The notes beneath the pieces were generated by a model. It did not search any database, was not told the DNA's origin, and saw only the letters and a list, made by a program, of their open reading frames with translations. Both the position numbers and the translations under genes were made by a program. Shown one piece after another: positions 28,442 to 38,680 of a DNA stretch of 64,000 nucleotides. Position 1 is the stretch's first letter; each line of letters begins with the position of its first letter. Source of the DNA: Promethearchaeota archaeon (GTDB lineage: Archaea; Asgardarchaeota; Heimdallarchaeia; Hodarchaeales; Hodarchaeaceae); assembly GCA_048938105.1 (NCBI GenBank), contig JBHLMN010000026.1, positions 1 to 64,000 on the forward strand, given 5' to 3'.

Positions 28442-29143
28442 TTATCTTTTCTCACTTTTTCTCACCGTTATCAGAGTTAACATTGTAACGAGAAATACAA
28501 AACCCGTTATACTTGGAACATCATTAGCTGTTGTAGTAGTAGTAGTAGTATTAGTAGCAGTAGTAGTAGGTATTGAGCCCCATACTTCCCAATAAGGACT
28601 ATCCCAATCGATGTATAAATTTGGCGGATCTGACCTATACATAAGCTCTTTAATGGAAAAACGAATGAAATCTATTTGGTAGCCAGCAAAATCTGGGCCA
28701 TCACCAATAAGGTTCACTTCCTTATTATTCTTAATAAATAAAGATTCATTTTCAGGTCCAAGCCCTATAGAGTTCCCACCTCCCATTGCAAATTTAACTG
28801 TAACTTTATCATCCATTCCATTCGTGAGCAAGTTGGCAATTTGAATAAAATCTTCATATGGCGTAGTATAGGTATAATTTTTCGGTCCAAATCTACTATC
28901 GATTTCTTTTTTGATTAATACTGAATTAACAGCAAAACTCACATTGATATCAGGATTGCCATCTGTTACGAAAGAAGTTCCACTGCCACCACCAAATCTC
29001 AATAAAACCACGGATGTAGAAAACTCAGTGGTTATCGATGCATTAGCTGTATTGCTGCTAATTCCAGTCAAAATTAGCATGAACAGTAGGAGGGATAAAA
29101 AACACCGTAAACTGTTGTTACAAACTCTCCCAATAGTATGCAA
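28442..29143 (-). CDS. Secreted cell-surface protein with Thr-rich linker and C-terminal TM-basic anchor
   Basis: Signal peptide (..TANA|S), TTTATNTTTTTTT, ITGF-TM-RKSEKR. True start uncertain. Confidence 0.75.
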   Translation of the reverse strand: MHTIGRVCNNSLRCFLSLLLFMLILTGISSNTANASITTEFSTSVVLLRFGGGSGTSFVTDGNPDINVSFAVNSVLIKKEIDSRFGPKNYTYTTPYEDFIQIANLLTNGMDDKVTVKFAMGGGNSIGLGPENESLFIKNNKEVNLIGDGPDFAGYQIDFIRFSIKELMYRSDPPNLYIDWDSPYWEVWGSIPTTTATNTTTTTTTANDVPSITGFVFLVTMLTLITVRKSEKR

Positions 29144-29565
29144 GGGTAAAAAACACCTTAATATATAGATTCCATTGAATGTGCTTTTTTTATTTTTTTT
29201 TTAAACTTTTTCGATGTTTAGCTTCTTTTCAGTATCTTGCTTTAATAAAGGAAGTTTTAACACGATAAGATCACTTAGGAGTCATGGTTTTATTTCGCTG
29301 ATGCTACAGATGAAATATCTATATATTACTCAAGGATACAAACCACTAGTTTTGTTAATGCGGATAGTGTGAAGAAATCTGTTGAGAAGATTTTCCATCC
29401 AATCAACTAATAAATTGTGCTTTGGCTATTGTTCGAACTACCCCCGTTCTGGTTCATAACGAGTTTAATTGATTATAGTATGCTCAAATGTTTATTAGGG
29501 CATTAAGATTTGATCAATTGGAAGAAAGAATTAAAAAAAGAGAATAGGGGAAAATTGAATAAAGA

Positions 29566-29775
29566 TTACTTTACTTTCTTATCATATCGATATAAGAAAA
29601 TACCATCACTACAACAAAATCTTATCTCCTTTTTTTTTGTTACTTTGAAGATAAAGTTAATGTCTTGCTTTTTAGAAATTATATGCAAATCATCTTCATT
29701 CAACAACCTAATATGTTTTAGAGAGTCAAAGGACTCTAACTTAGAAAAATCTTTAACTTCAAATACTTCAACCAT
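29566..29775 (-). CDS. Small hypothetical protein (69 aa)
   Basis: GAGGAGG RBS before ATG 29775 (MVEVFEVKDF...). Confidence 0.6.
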   Translation of the reverse strand: MVEVFEVKDFSKLESFDSLKHIRLLNEDDLHIISKKQDINFIFKVTKKKEIRFCCSDGIFLYRYDKKVK

Positions 29776-30349
29776 TGGATTACCTCCTCTTGAGTTAACA
29801 ATAATCAATACATGGATTACTCCAGCTGAAATTCTTCGAAATGCGTTAAATCCACTATATAACCAATGCTAGCATGAATTTGGAAGCGTTTAAAAAAATA
29901 AATCCTATTGATCATGAGATTCAAAAATGGTGAAAAATCCGAAAGGAAAGTGAATTCTCATACAATTGATCTCAATTTCAGGGAACCATTTTTTTAGCTC
30001 TTTCACTAATTGTGATCACTATTTGTCTTCATTGGGTGAAAAATGTAGAGAAACTTAATTAAATACGATATATCGAAAAGCAATGGTTGTAATAGGAGAA
30101 GTCGTATAGCATCTCTTTCATAACGATGGAATTTAGTAGAGTAAGCAAATTTTATTATGAATTTTATTAAGTAATTAAATTATTGAATACAGATAATGAA
30201 TAGAGTATATTATTTCACTCTTTATTTACGACACATTACAGTTATTATCATCAAATTTACTAATAAGATAAGTAGGGAGGTAAATGAAGAGTGAAATCCG
30301 ACAGTTGGTTCAGTGGTTGTTTGTACTGAAGTTAATTCAGTGGAGGAAT

Positions 30350-30697
30350 GTTGAGTTAAGAAAGTTGGGAGGATATCCGTAGGCGGTTACTGACTATAAA
30401 AGCAGGATAGCAGAAGCATCATATTCTATGTTTGAAGAATTTAATGTGAAATATACGATCAATCCTCCAACGACACAGATGCAATTCTTCCTCCCAGCAT
30501 GGCCCGCATATGTCTTTGTAAGGGAACCTCTGAACCTTCCCCTTATAGGAGCTGGGTTAGGTTATGGAGCAAGAGCTCATAGTCCGAATGAGTTTCATGT
30601 CATCGAGGGCGCAGCAGGTCGTTATAGCCATGTTTATGGATTAGCAGGGGTAGAAAAAAGCATGGTTTCTCTACTATATAACTTTGTAGGAAATTAA
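30350..30697 (+). pseudogene. C-terminal remnant of an M20/M25/M40 peptidase
   Basis: GLGYGARAHSPNEF is an M20 C-terminal motif. The upstream in-frame VELRKLGGYP*AVTD has TAG at 30380-82, and the N-terminal catalytic region is missing. Confidence 0.7.
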
Positions 30698-31056
30698 CGG
30701 CTGTATCATTCTTTTCTTTCTCATTATCGCAATTTTCTTTGGTCTTCGATTTCCTTCTTAGGTTTTTCGTAATTTCTGAAGTGGCCCTGCATGGCCGTAA
30801 GAAACGAAGGAATTTCCCATAAAAGCTAATAGTGTGTGATCATGGAATGAGTCAAGAACTCCTGAAATGATCATAGATGTTTGTTAAATATTGATCATTA
30901 TCTGCATGTCTGTTATACTCACATTCACAGTAAAAGCTTTTAAGAGAGGAGAACCTTCCATCATCTGGTCATTTGTTCGGTGCATTGTTTTTACTACATT
31001 TAGAGAAGAAAACCTTGGTAAGAAAAGGAATGTGAAAAAAATTGGAGAGAACTGAC

Positions 31057-32010
31057 ATGCAAAAAAGTCCACTGTTTATTTCGATAGATAAAAGATTCAT
31101 CTTCCTCTTGATTATTTCATTCCTCTTAATAATCTTAATTCCAAGGACTCAAGCACATACTGGTGATATTGTCTATAGTAGTTGGACTGCCATTCCTCCA
31201 ACAATAGATGGCATATTCACGCAAGATGAGTGGAAGGATCCAGTTATCACGAAAACCTTAGAGTATTATAACTCTGACACCAAAGCTGACGAATCACACC
31301 TTATGGAAGTGTCATTCGTTAACGATGATCAAGATCTTTATTTGGGAATAATCATAAGAGATGAGGATTTTGAAACATCAGAGACTGGAGGGGTGGATGT
31401 TATTGAAGTGTATTTTGACGATGATAACGATGGAACAATAAAGTCAAAAGATGACATTCACAACTTTTGGAATCTGGAATATGGAGATTGGCACTTTGAA
31501 ACAGGAGGACGATGGAGCGAAGATTCCCAAAAGAATGGCATAGGGGTAGATACACATTCAAATCAGGCGATTGGGGACTATATCTACGAGTTCCAAATCC
31601 CTCTGGACTCGGGAGACGAGCAAGATATATCAGTACAACCAGGGGATACATTGGGTATCAAAATACTATATAGAGAAATGGTTCATGAAGAAGCAATATA
31701 TTGGTCGGCAGGAGAAGATGGGTGGCCAAATGACCAAGATAATGCTAACGGGACAACTTATGGTGATTTAGTTATTGTAACAGAGCAAATGACTATTCCA
31801 ACTACTTCCAAGTCTACTTCCAATACGACCACTACAACAACACGAACCTCTACTCCAACAGTGTCGCCAGGATTCACAAGCGCCACAACAACAGAGACCT
31901 CTACTCCAACAGTGTCACCAGGATTCACAACCGTAGGATCAGTTCTCGGAGTAGGTGTTTTTGTTCTCTTCGAAAAAAGAAGAAGGAAGAAAGATAATAA
32001 AACTAAGTAA
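31057..32010 (+). CDS. Secreted DOMON/CBM9-like protein with Thr-rich linker and duplicated PGF anchor motif
   Basis: PTIDG...EW, NDDQDLYLGI-x-x-x-D, D-x-x-EVYFD, YEFQIPL; TSTPTVSPGFT twice, then TM-KRRRKK. Confidence 0.8.
   Translation: MQKSPLFISIDKRFIFLLIISFLLIILIPRTQAHTGDIVYSSWTAIPPTIDGIFTQDEWKDPVITKTLEYYNSDTKADESHLMEVSFVNDDQDLYLGIIIRDEDFETSETGGVDVIEVYFDDDNDGTIKSKDDIHNFWNLEYGDWHFETGGRWSEDSQKNGIGVDTHSNQAIGDYIYEFQIPLDSGDEQDISVQPGDTLGIKILYREMVHEEAIYWSAGEDGWPNDQDNANGTTYGDLVIVTEQMTIPTTSKSTSNTTTTTTRTSTPTVSPGFTSATTTETSTPTVSPGFTTVGSVLGVGVFVLFEKRRRKKDNKTK
31846..31930 (+). repeat. Tandem duplication (34-nt unit, 51-nt period) encoding TSTPTVSPGFT twice
   Basis: ACCTCTACTCCAACAGTGTC(G/A)CCAGGATTCACAA at 31846 and 31897. 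Confidence 0.9.
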
Positions 32011-32101
32011 TAGTTCGATTTCCTCCTTTCCAAAGACTAATAAAAGAGGTATCCTTGACATCCTGTGGTACTGTATTCAAATCCTCAACAATAGGTGTGA
32101 A

Positions 32102-33196
32102 GTGGTGCTAAAATCCAAAAAAGGGTATTTAGCTTCAGAACTTTTTGACTATAAAGTTAAAGATCGTCATTCAAAGAGAATCGGGAAAATTTCTGAATTA
32201 TTAATCAACTCCCAATCTTATAAAATTGATTACATCATTGTTGGGCGAAAAAAATGGCTTGTTCCTGTTTCTTTCATTAATTCTGATGATTCAAGAAAAA
32301 AGGAGATAATAATCTCTCAACCTAAGGATCGAATCGTACATCCTCGAACAACAAGGGTATTTTCTAAAAACTGCTATCATTTTTCCGATATAAAGAAATT
32401 TATTGTCTATGATATTACAGGCTTAGAGTTAGGCCTCATAACAAATATAGCTTATTATCCTGGCCTTCGGGTAGATTTCTTGGTTCAAAAAGAGGTTATA
32501 AGGGAGGAATCTCAAAAAAATGAGATCCGTTTTCCAAATTATTTTGTTATTCCAGTAGATTGTATTTGTCAATTTCATAAACGGTCAGTTATTTTAGGAA
32601 TTTCTAAAGATGAGCTTAACCTAGTTAATTTTACTGGATTTCATCATCTCTTCCTCCCCTATCAGGTGTTTGATAGCAAAAAGCGATATGTTATTGTTGA
32701 AGCTCCTACTACTACAGCCAGCTATTATCTTACTCAGCGTCTCGAAGCTTTGAATTTAGCTTCAGAATCCTTTTTCATTGAGGAACTCGATGTATCTCGT
32801 AACACAAAAGTACGTCAATTCGTTAAATTGTTTAATTTGGTGTTAGCAACCTCACCTGATACTTATATCCCCCTAACTACAGAAGATGCTCGGAGATATT
32901 TCAAGCACGGTACATTCATAGCCATTGAACATTATAGACCTATTGGATATTGTTTTGTAACAATAGGAAAGCAGAAAGTAACAAACCAAAAAATAGGGGT
33001 CATTGCAGGAATTGGAGTTCGTCCTTCTTGTCGTGGTAGAAGTATTGCTATAGCTCTTATTGACAAATCCCTAAGATATATGATTGATAAGGATGTTGAG
33101 AGAATTCAAGCTGATATTTATGAGATAAATATGCCTTCTTTACGACTCTTTTCTTCTTTAGGCTTCCGTGAAGTAGGTGAAACGTATTTGGCTTGA
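32102..33196 (+). CDS. Tandem PRC-barrel + GNAT acetyltransferase fusion (start probably GTG 32102/32105)
   Basis: ASELFDYKVKD...RIGKISELLIN...IDYIIV and a second VYDITGLELGLI (PRC); IGVRPSCRGRSIA...N-x-PS-x-x-LF-x-x-LGF (GNAT). Confidence 0.75.
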   Translation: MVLKSKKGYLASELFDYKVKDRHSKRIGKISELLINSQSYKIDYIIVGRKKWLVPVSFINSDDSRKKEIIISQPKDRIVHPRTTRVFSKNCYHFSDIKKFIVYDITGLELGLITNIAYYPGLRVDFLVQKEVIREESQKNEIRFPNYFVIPVDCICQFHKRSVILGISKDELNLVNFTGFHHLFLPYQVFDSKKRYVIVEAPTTTASYYLTQRLEALNLASESFFIEELDVSRNTKVRQFVKLFNLVLATSPDTYIPLTTEDARRYFKHGTFIAIEHYRPIGYCFVTIGKQKVTNQKIGVIAGIGVRPSCRGRSIAIALIDKSLRYMIDKDVERIQADIYEINMPSLRLFSSLGFREVGETYLA

Positions 33197-33669
33197 AAAG
33201 CCGTGAATGCTGAAGGACTTTTACCAATTCCTGTATAATGTAATTGATTAAAAATGTAATTTAATAATTTTTCTCGATCAGAGATTCCATTCACATACTT
33301 TTCAAGACGAATTGATGCAATTACTTCTGCTATTCGTCCAATTTCTGGAAGATGATTGTTCTAATGCAAAATAATTACTATATATTTCTTTTTTGTCATT
33401 TCTATTGATTTTGCTAAATTAGATGACCTAGGGATGAACTCAAAATGAAGATTATTTATAATTCCAAAATGAGGGTTAAAAGATCCTAATTTTTATTATA
33501 ATTTAGTAGGAATCTGTCCTTTATTTTCTCCAATATCTTTTAGAATTTTAATTTGTACAAAGTCCGATGCTCTTTTATTTAACTTTGTGATAATATCAGG
33601 CATAGTTACAACATTCTGACTGATTCTGTCAACATCTAGAACAAGTAGAGGTGGAGGTTTCAGGTAAAT

Positions 33670-34809
33670 TTAGGGCAAATCAAGAATTGGAGGTATATCA
33701 CCATCACCAGGGCTTTCCACAATCTCAACAGACCCACTTTTAGTGTTAGCCAATTGATCCCCGTCCCAGTCTTTATCATTGTCCTTCACAATGATTTCTA
33801 TGGTATGAGTCCCAATATCTCCAGGAACTGTAACATCGTATGATTTTGTGCTGATACCATTGAGGTTTTGTTCGTTAATTTCCTCATTTCCATCAACCAA
33901 AATTAAAACTTCATCTAATCCGTCTCCTAGATCTACAATATTAACAGACCAAACACCAGGATCATCTTCGTGACCTTCTCCGTAATAATTAACTGAAATA
34001 ACTGGTGGTGTGGTATCATCATCAATAACTAAAATATTGCTTGTGGCTGATGATTCTAATCCATTAGTATCTATTGCTGTTATTTCTACTAGATTATTAC
34101 CAGGAATATTTGATAAAAGATAAGAATCAGAAATAATCGGATCTCCCTGATACGATGCTATAACCATACCATTAAGATTAACCGATACCTCTGATAAACC
34201 ACTATCATCAGTGATCTCCCATTCAATTAAGATTCCTCCTATCGTTTCTCCATCAGAGAATGTTTGATCGGGTGTTAAAATAATAATCGGAGGATTTACA
34301 TCTGGAGTTCCACTTGTGATTAACGCTTCCAAAATGTTGTTACAATCAACCCGGAATTCTTCTCTTAAATCATGACAGATGACCCAAGAGGTTATAAACC
34401 AGCCTTTATGATGAAATCTTTTGTAACAAAATTGTCTTTTGCTCCAAAATTCTGAAAATTTATTTTTACTCCAAGATTCCTCATTATTATCCGTCTTTAA
34501 TCCTGTTAGTTTTGGTTTAATGTCATGGAGGAACTTCTCGTATGCCTCTTCAAAGTTTTCATCTAAGATTAACTGCTCAATTTTAGTTAGTTTTCTAATA
34601 ATAATAGCTTTCCTTATCCTACTTGGTTTTCTCCAACATGAGTTTGGTGTGTTCTGAATTTTTTCTTTTAATTGCTCTATCTCATTATTAAGGTCACTTG
34701 GAGTAGCTTCTCCAATGATTATCAACGAACTCACAATAAATATCGCAGAGAAAAGAAAAAAACACATTAATCTCTTTTTGATGTCGTATTTCTCCTTCAT
34801 TTTATTCAC
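33670..34809 (-). CDS. Secreted protein with N-terminal helical region and Ig-like repeats
   Basis: Signal peptide; D-x-x-PP-x-I...D-SGL...ITAID-x-NG repeats typical of bacterial-type Ig-like domains. Confidence 0.7.
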   Translation of the reverse strand: MNKMKEKYDIKKRLMCFFLFSAIFIVSSLIIIGEATPSDLNNEIEQLKEKIQNTPNSCWRKPSRIRKAIIIRKLTKIEQLILDENFEEAYEKFLHDIKPKLTGLKTDNNEESWSKNKFSEFWSKRQFCYKRFHHKGWFITSWVICHDLREEFRVDCNNILEALITSGTPDVNPPIIILTPDQTFSDGETIGGILIEWEITDDSGLSEVSVNLNGMVIASYQGDPIISDSYLLSNIPGNNLVEITAIDTNGLESSATSNILVIDDDTTPPVISVNYYGEGHEDDPGVWSVNIVDLGDGLDEVLILVDGNEEINEQNLNGISTKSYDVTVPGDIGTHTIEIIVKDNDKDWDGDQLANTKSGSVEIVESPGDGDIPPILDLP

Positions 34810-35503
34810 ACTTAAAGAATTGGAAATATTAGAATATAATAGAAAAAACGGATATTTAATAGTATCTGTTATAAAGAAAAAAAACCCACATTGACTAAAA
34901 TTTATTGAATTTTAGAGTACTTGAGTCATTCTAAGAATTAAATATAATTAGCACAAGCGAATGGAAAAACTAATGCTTTTGTACTTTCAAGAAATTTCAG
35001 GAAGTTAACTTTCTCCATTTTTTCAACCCCTGGTATAAGAACAAAACACCAGTTATTAAGGCCTGAGTAATAAATTCTGTTGTCCAATGACTGATATAGT
35101 GCTAAGTTAGAATCCTCACCATTGAAGGTTATTCTTATACCTCTTGATTTAGTCTAATTCTATCGAAAGATACAGGATTATCCTGAGACTTATTTTCTTC
35201 AGGAAGAAGAACAAACCCATACTATTATTTTAGACACTTTGGAGGTTTTATTCGGAGAAAGTATATCCAAACTTCCTCATGTGACCCGATTACAACTCGT
35301 CCGCGATTTTTACGTAATATGGTATTTTTAGAAAATATAATCATGTACTGTCTTAGAAGAAAGTAGTGGATCAGCTTTAAGATTTATGATTATTAAATTC
35401 TCACATGGGAAAATTGACGAGGAAACGATTGAATTTCAAGTTTGTATAATTCATACCTTTTATCAATTCCAGTCAAATTTGCATGGATTTCATCCATATT
35501 TAT

Positions 35504-35672
35504 TCATCCCATCCCTTTAGACTCTAAAGATTTCTTTAACTCACTTAATATAGCATTCCATTGTTTTTTCAGGACAATTTTTAGCTTTATTCCAGTCCGA
35601 TGAAGTGCCCCATCCTGTATGTTCAAATTTCAGTTTTGTCTTATCTTCTTCTTCAGAAACTCTGCAGATCTG
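35504..35672 (-). pseudogene. Frameshifted C-terminal remnant of an SRPBCC/AHSA1-like protein
   Basis: Minus strand reads KTKLKFEHTGWGTSSDWNKAK, then in another frame KQWNAILSELKKSLE; no N-terminus. Confidence 0.6.
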
Positions 35673-35675
35673 AAA

Positions 35676-36134
35676 TTAATGATGATAAATTCTTTCTGAC
35701 ACAATTTCCGTAATTTCCATGAGATATTTGCTGTCTATCTCGTCAAAGTTGTTGATTCCTTCTGACCCAATTACTATCAATCCTAAAATCTTCTTGTTTT
35801 TCATTAGTAACATTTTACATTCCGAAGCGACCTCGGGGCCAATCGAAATTTTTTGTTCAGCGTTAAGATCGTTAATTATTTCTATTTTACTAGTTTCAAG
35901 CTGATTGAGCTGAATGATGGTTGTATTTGTTGATTTACCCATGTGATAGCCTAGATAAAACTCCTTTGTGACTGGATTAAAGAAATAGATACCAATCCAG
36001 TTAAAATAGGGAATTTTTGCTACCGTATCAACAACGAGCTTATAGATAAAAGTTTCCTCATGTATTTTGGATATTTCAGAACGCAAAGTGGTTAGAACTG
36101 AATTGTACAAAGCCATTTTTTGAGTTATTTCCAA
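35676..36134 (-). CDS. GAF-domain protein (MsrC/fRMsr-like, degenerate)
   Basis: FNWIGIYF...LGYHMG...SE...ILGLIVI-x-S...FDEID-x-x-YL. Confidence 0.75.
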   Translation of the reverse strand: MEITQKMALYNSVLTTLRSEISKIHEETFIYKLVVDTVAKIPYFNWIGIYFFNPVTKEFYLGYHMGKSTNTTIIQLNQLETSKIEIINDLNAEQKISIGPEVASECKMLLMKNKKILGLIVIGSEGINNFDEIDSKYLMEITEIVSERIYHH

Positions 36135-36219
36135 CCTTGTATCTCCGTGGGATAACTATCTATTAACCAGTTAATTTCCACAGTTTTTAAGGTTTGTATA
36201 TTCTTTGTCATGGTTTTAC

Positions 36220-37398
36220 TTAGATTTCGATAATCATTGTTAATGCTTCTCCACCACCAAGACATATTGTTGCTAGCCCCCGATGCCCTTTTCGTCTAGC
36301 AAGTTCATGGTAGAGAGTCACTAAAATTCTTGAACCTGAACATCCTAACGGATGTCCTAAAGCAACTGCACCCCCATTGACATTGAATTTTTCATCAGGA
36401 ATATTTAGACTATTTCGTACTGCACAGCTGGCTGAAGCAAATGCTTCATTATGTTCGATTAGATCAAAGTCATTAATAGTGAAACCAGTTTTTTCAAGTA
36501 GTTGTTTAACACCTGTGACTGGAGCTTCCATAACCCATTCAGGCTTTGTAGCATTAGTCCCATAAGCCCCGATCTTAGCTAAGATTGGAATACCTTTTTC
36601 TTTTGCCTGATCTTCTGACATGACCACCACTGCACTGGCACCGTCTGAAATTTGTGAAGCATTTCCTGCAGTAACATTACCATCCTTTTTGAAGACAGGG
36701 GGCAATTTAGCTAGCTTTTCCAATGTAGTATCTGGACGAATCCCCTCATCCTTAGTGACTGCTATAATCCCTTTTTTTCTGTCAGAGATTTCAACTGGGA
36801 CAATTTCTTTCTCAAATATCCTCTCTTCTGTGGCTTGATATGCACGTTGGTGGGATCTAAGAGCATATTCATCCATTTCCTCACGACTGATATTAAATCG
36901 TTCTGAAATAATATCACCCGTATTTCCCATAGCCATATCATTGTAAATGTCGTACAATCCATCGTGGTACATGGCGTCGATTAATCTATCATTTCCGAAT
37001 CGGTATCCTTGCCGTCCTTTCATAAGAAGGTAAGGAGCCATGGTCATATTTTCCATTCCTCCTGCGACTACAATATCCATATCATTAGTTTTAATCATTT
37101 GGGCTGCCCACATAACAGCAGCTAAACCTGAACCACAAACTTTGTTTATGGTTATTGCTCCAACTGATACTGGTAGTCCAGCATAGATTGACGCTTGACG
37201 GGCTGTATTCTGGGCACATCCAGCTGAAATAACTTGACCCATTAGAACTTGATTAACCTCATTCGGTTCAATTTGAGACCTAATCACAGCTTCCTTGATA
37301 GCTACAGCACCTAGTTGTGCTGCGGAAAAATTAGAGAATGCTCCTAACATTCGACCCATTGGTGTTCTACACATGCTTGTTAATACTGCTGTTTTCAA
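36220..37398 (-). CDS. Acetyl-CoA C-acyltransferase (thiolase)
   Basis: NKVCGSG, NASQISDGA, NEAFA, GHPLGCSG, CLGGG. Confidence 0.95.
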   Translation of the reverse strand: MKTAVLTSMCRTPMGRMLGAFSNFSAAQLGAVAIKEAVIRSQIEPNEVNQVLMGQVISAGCAQNTARQASIYAGLPVSVGAITINKVCGSGLAAVMWAAQMIKTNDMDIVVAGGMENMTMAPYLLMKGRQGYRFGNDRLIDAMYHDGLYDIYNDMAMGNTGDIISERFNISREEMDEYALRSHQRAYQATEERIFEKEIVPVEISDRKKGIIAVTKDEGIRPDTTLEKLAKLPPVFKKDGNVTAGNASQISDGASAVVVMSEDQAKEKGIPILAKIGAYGTNATKPEWVMEAPVTGVKQLLEKTGFTINDFDLIEHNEAFASASCAVRNSLNIPDEKFNVNGGAVALGHPLGCSGSRILVTLYHELARRKGHRGLATICLGGGEALTMIIEI

Positions 37399-37815
37399 TG
37401 TAAATACCTCAAAACTATCGCAAATGACTGTATTATTATTCTTTACTGGCTATCTTTCAATCATTTAATGTATGAAATGAAGATCAATTACTAAATGAAG
37501 ATGTATAATATAATTACAGTCCTTAATTATCGTTAATTTTTTTACTAAATTGATAGTGATAATCATCCTAATAGTGGTTAACTTATTTATGTCTATGCTC
37601 CTCTAGTTTGGTATTTGGTTTCGTAAGGAACAAATATTGAATTAATAGTCAACGATAATATGCAAAATTGGAAAAATAAAACGAATAGCTTATAAAGGCC
37701 TATGAGAGAGGATATCGAAAATATAGTACAGGATAAACCATATATCGGATCAATGAAAAAACACCATTACACTCATAAATCGTCGGTAAAGGGTTTAGGA
37801 GTTTGGGTTTAAGAA

Positions 37816-38508
37816 ATGAGGAAACAACGTACCTCTCGTGGAACTACAATAAGGCCAGGCACAAAACTTCGTGCTAAAATCGTCTTGATTGGTGATGGAG
37901 GTGTTGGTAAAACTGCACTTCGCCGCGCTTGGTTAGGGGAAGGGTTCAAAACAGAATATCTAATGACAATCGGTGCTGATTTTGCTAGTCAAGAATTGTC
38001 ATTTTATTACCCTGAAACCAAATCAACCTATGATTTAAAATTTCAAATTTGGGATCTAGCTGGACAACCACGATTTAAGGCTGTTCGAGATCTATATTAC
38101 CGTGGTGCTATCGGAGCCCTCTGTTTCTTTGACATCACGAATCAGGAATCATATATGAACCTTGTTGAATGGATACAATCTTATTGGGCCTTAAATGGAC
38201 TTGGAAAGTCGCCTCTTCTCATTGTTGGCTCAAAATGTGATCTACGTGACAACCCAGCCTTCCCAACTCAGGTATCTGCTCGTTATGGAAAAGAGTATGC
38301 AGCCGAACTGACCAGACTCTTGGAACATAAATATGGATTTAGTGTCCATTACATTGAGACATCCGCTAAGGAAGGCATTAATGTCGATGAGGCATTTAAA
38401 ATCCTTGCCAAAGAAATTATTAGGTGCACTATTCACCAAGAAAAAGTACGTAATGATAGAAAAACAAGTCAAAAAAAAATGTTGACTGATCAAATTAGAT
38501 CGAAATAA
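37816..38508 (+). CDS. Rab/Ras-like small GTPase (eukaryotic signature protein)
   Basis: G1 GDGGVGKT, G2 Y-x-x-TIGADF, G3 WDLAGQ, Rab-like RF-x-x-V-x-x-x-YYRGA, G4 SKCD, G5 ETSAK. Confidence 0.93.
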   Translation: MRKQRTSRGTTIRPGTKLRAKIVLIGDGGVGKTALRRAWLGEGFKTEYLMTIGADFASQELSFYYPETKSTYDLKFQIWDLAGQPRFKAVRDLYYRGAIGALCFFDITNQESYMNLVEWIQSYWALNGLGKSPLLIVGSKCDLRDNPAFPTQVSARYGKEYAAELTRLLEHKYGFSVHYIETSAKEGINVDEAFKILAKEIIRCTIHQEKVRNDRKTSQKKMLTDQIRSK

Positions 38509-38680
38509 CCTTTTTTATTACATCTTAGTTTTTTTAGATAATTTCACCTAAATTAGGTGAAAAGGCCCTGTAATTATTTTTTGTATAGAACATGACCCCA
38601 TAAGTATTTTATGAGGATAGCTCTTGTGGTGATCCTAACGGATTAAGCAGTCATTATCATATTTACTTGAGGTACAGTTC

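Noticed and set aside
29510-29872. Listed plus-strand 120-aa ORF
   Set aside because: Antisense to the RBS-supported minus-strand ORF and has no motif.
30380-30382. TAG as pyrrolysine read-through
   Set aside because: The gene also lacks most of the M20 N-terminus and no pyl genes are in the window; a pseudogene is simpler.
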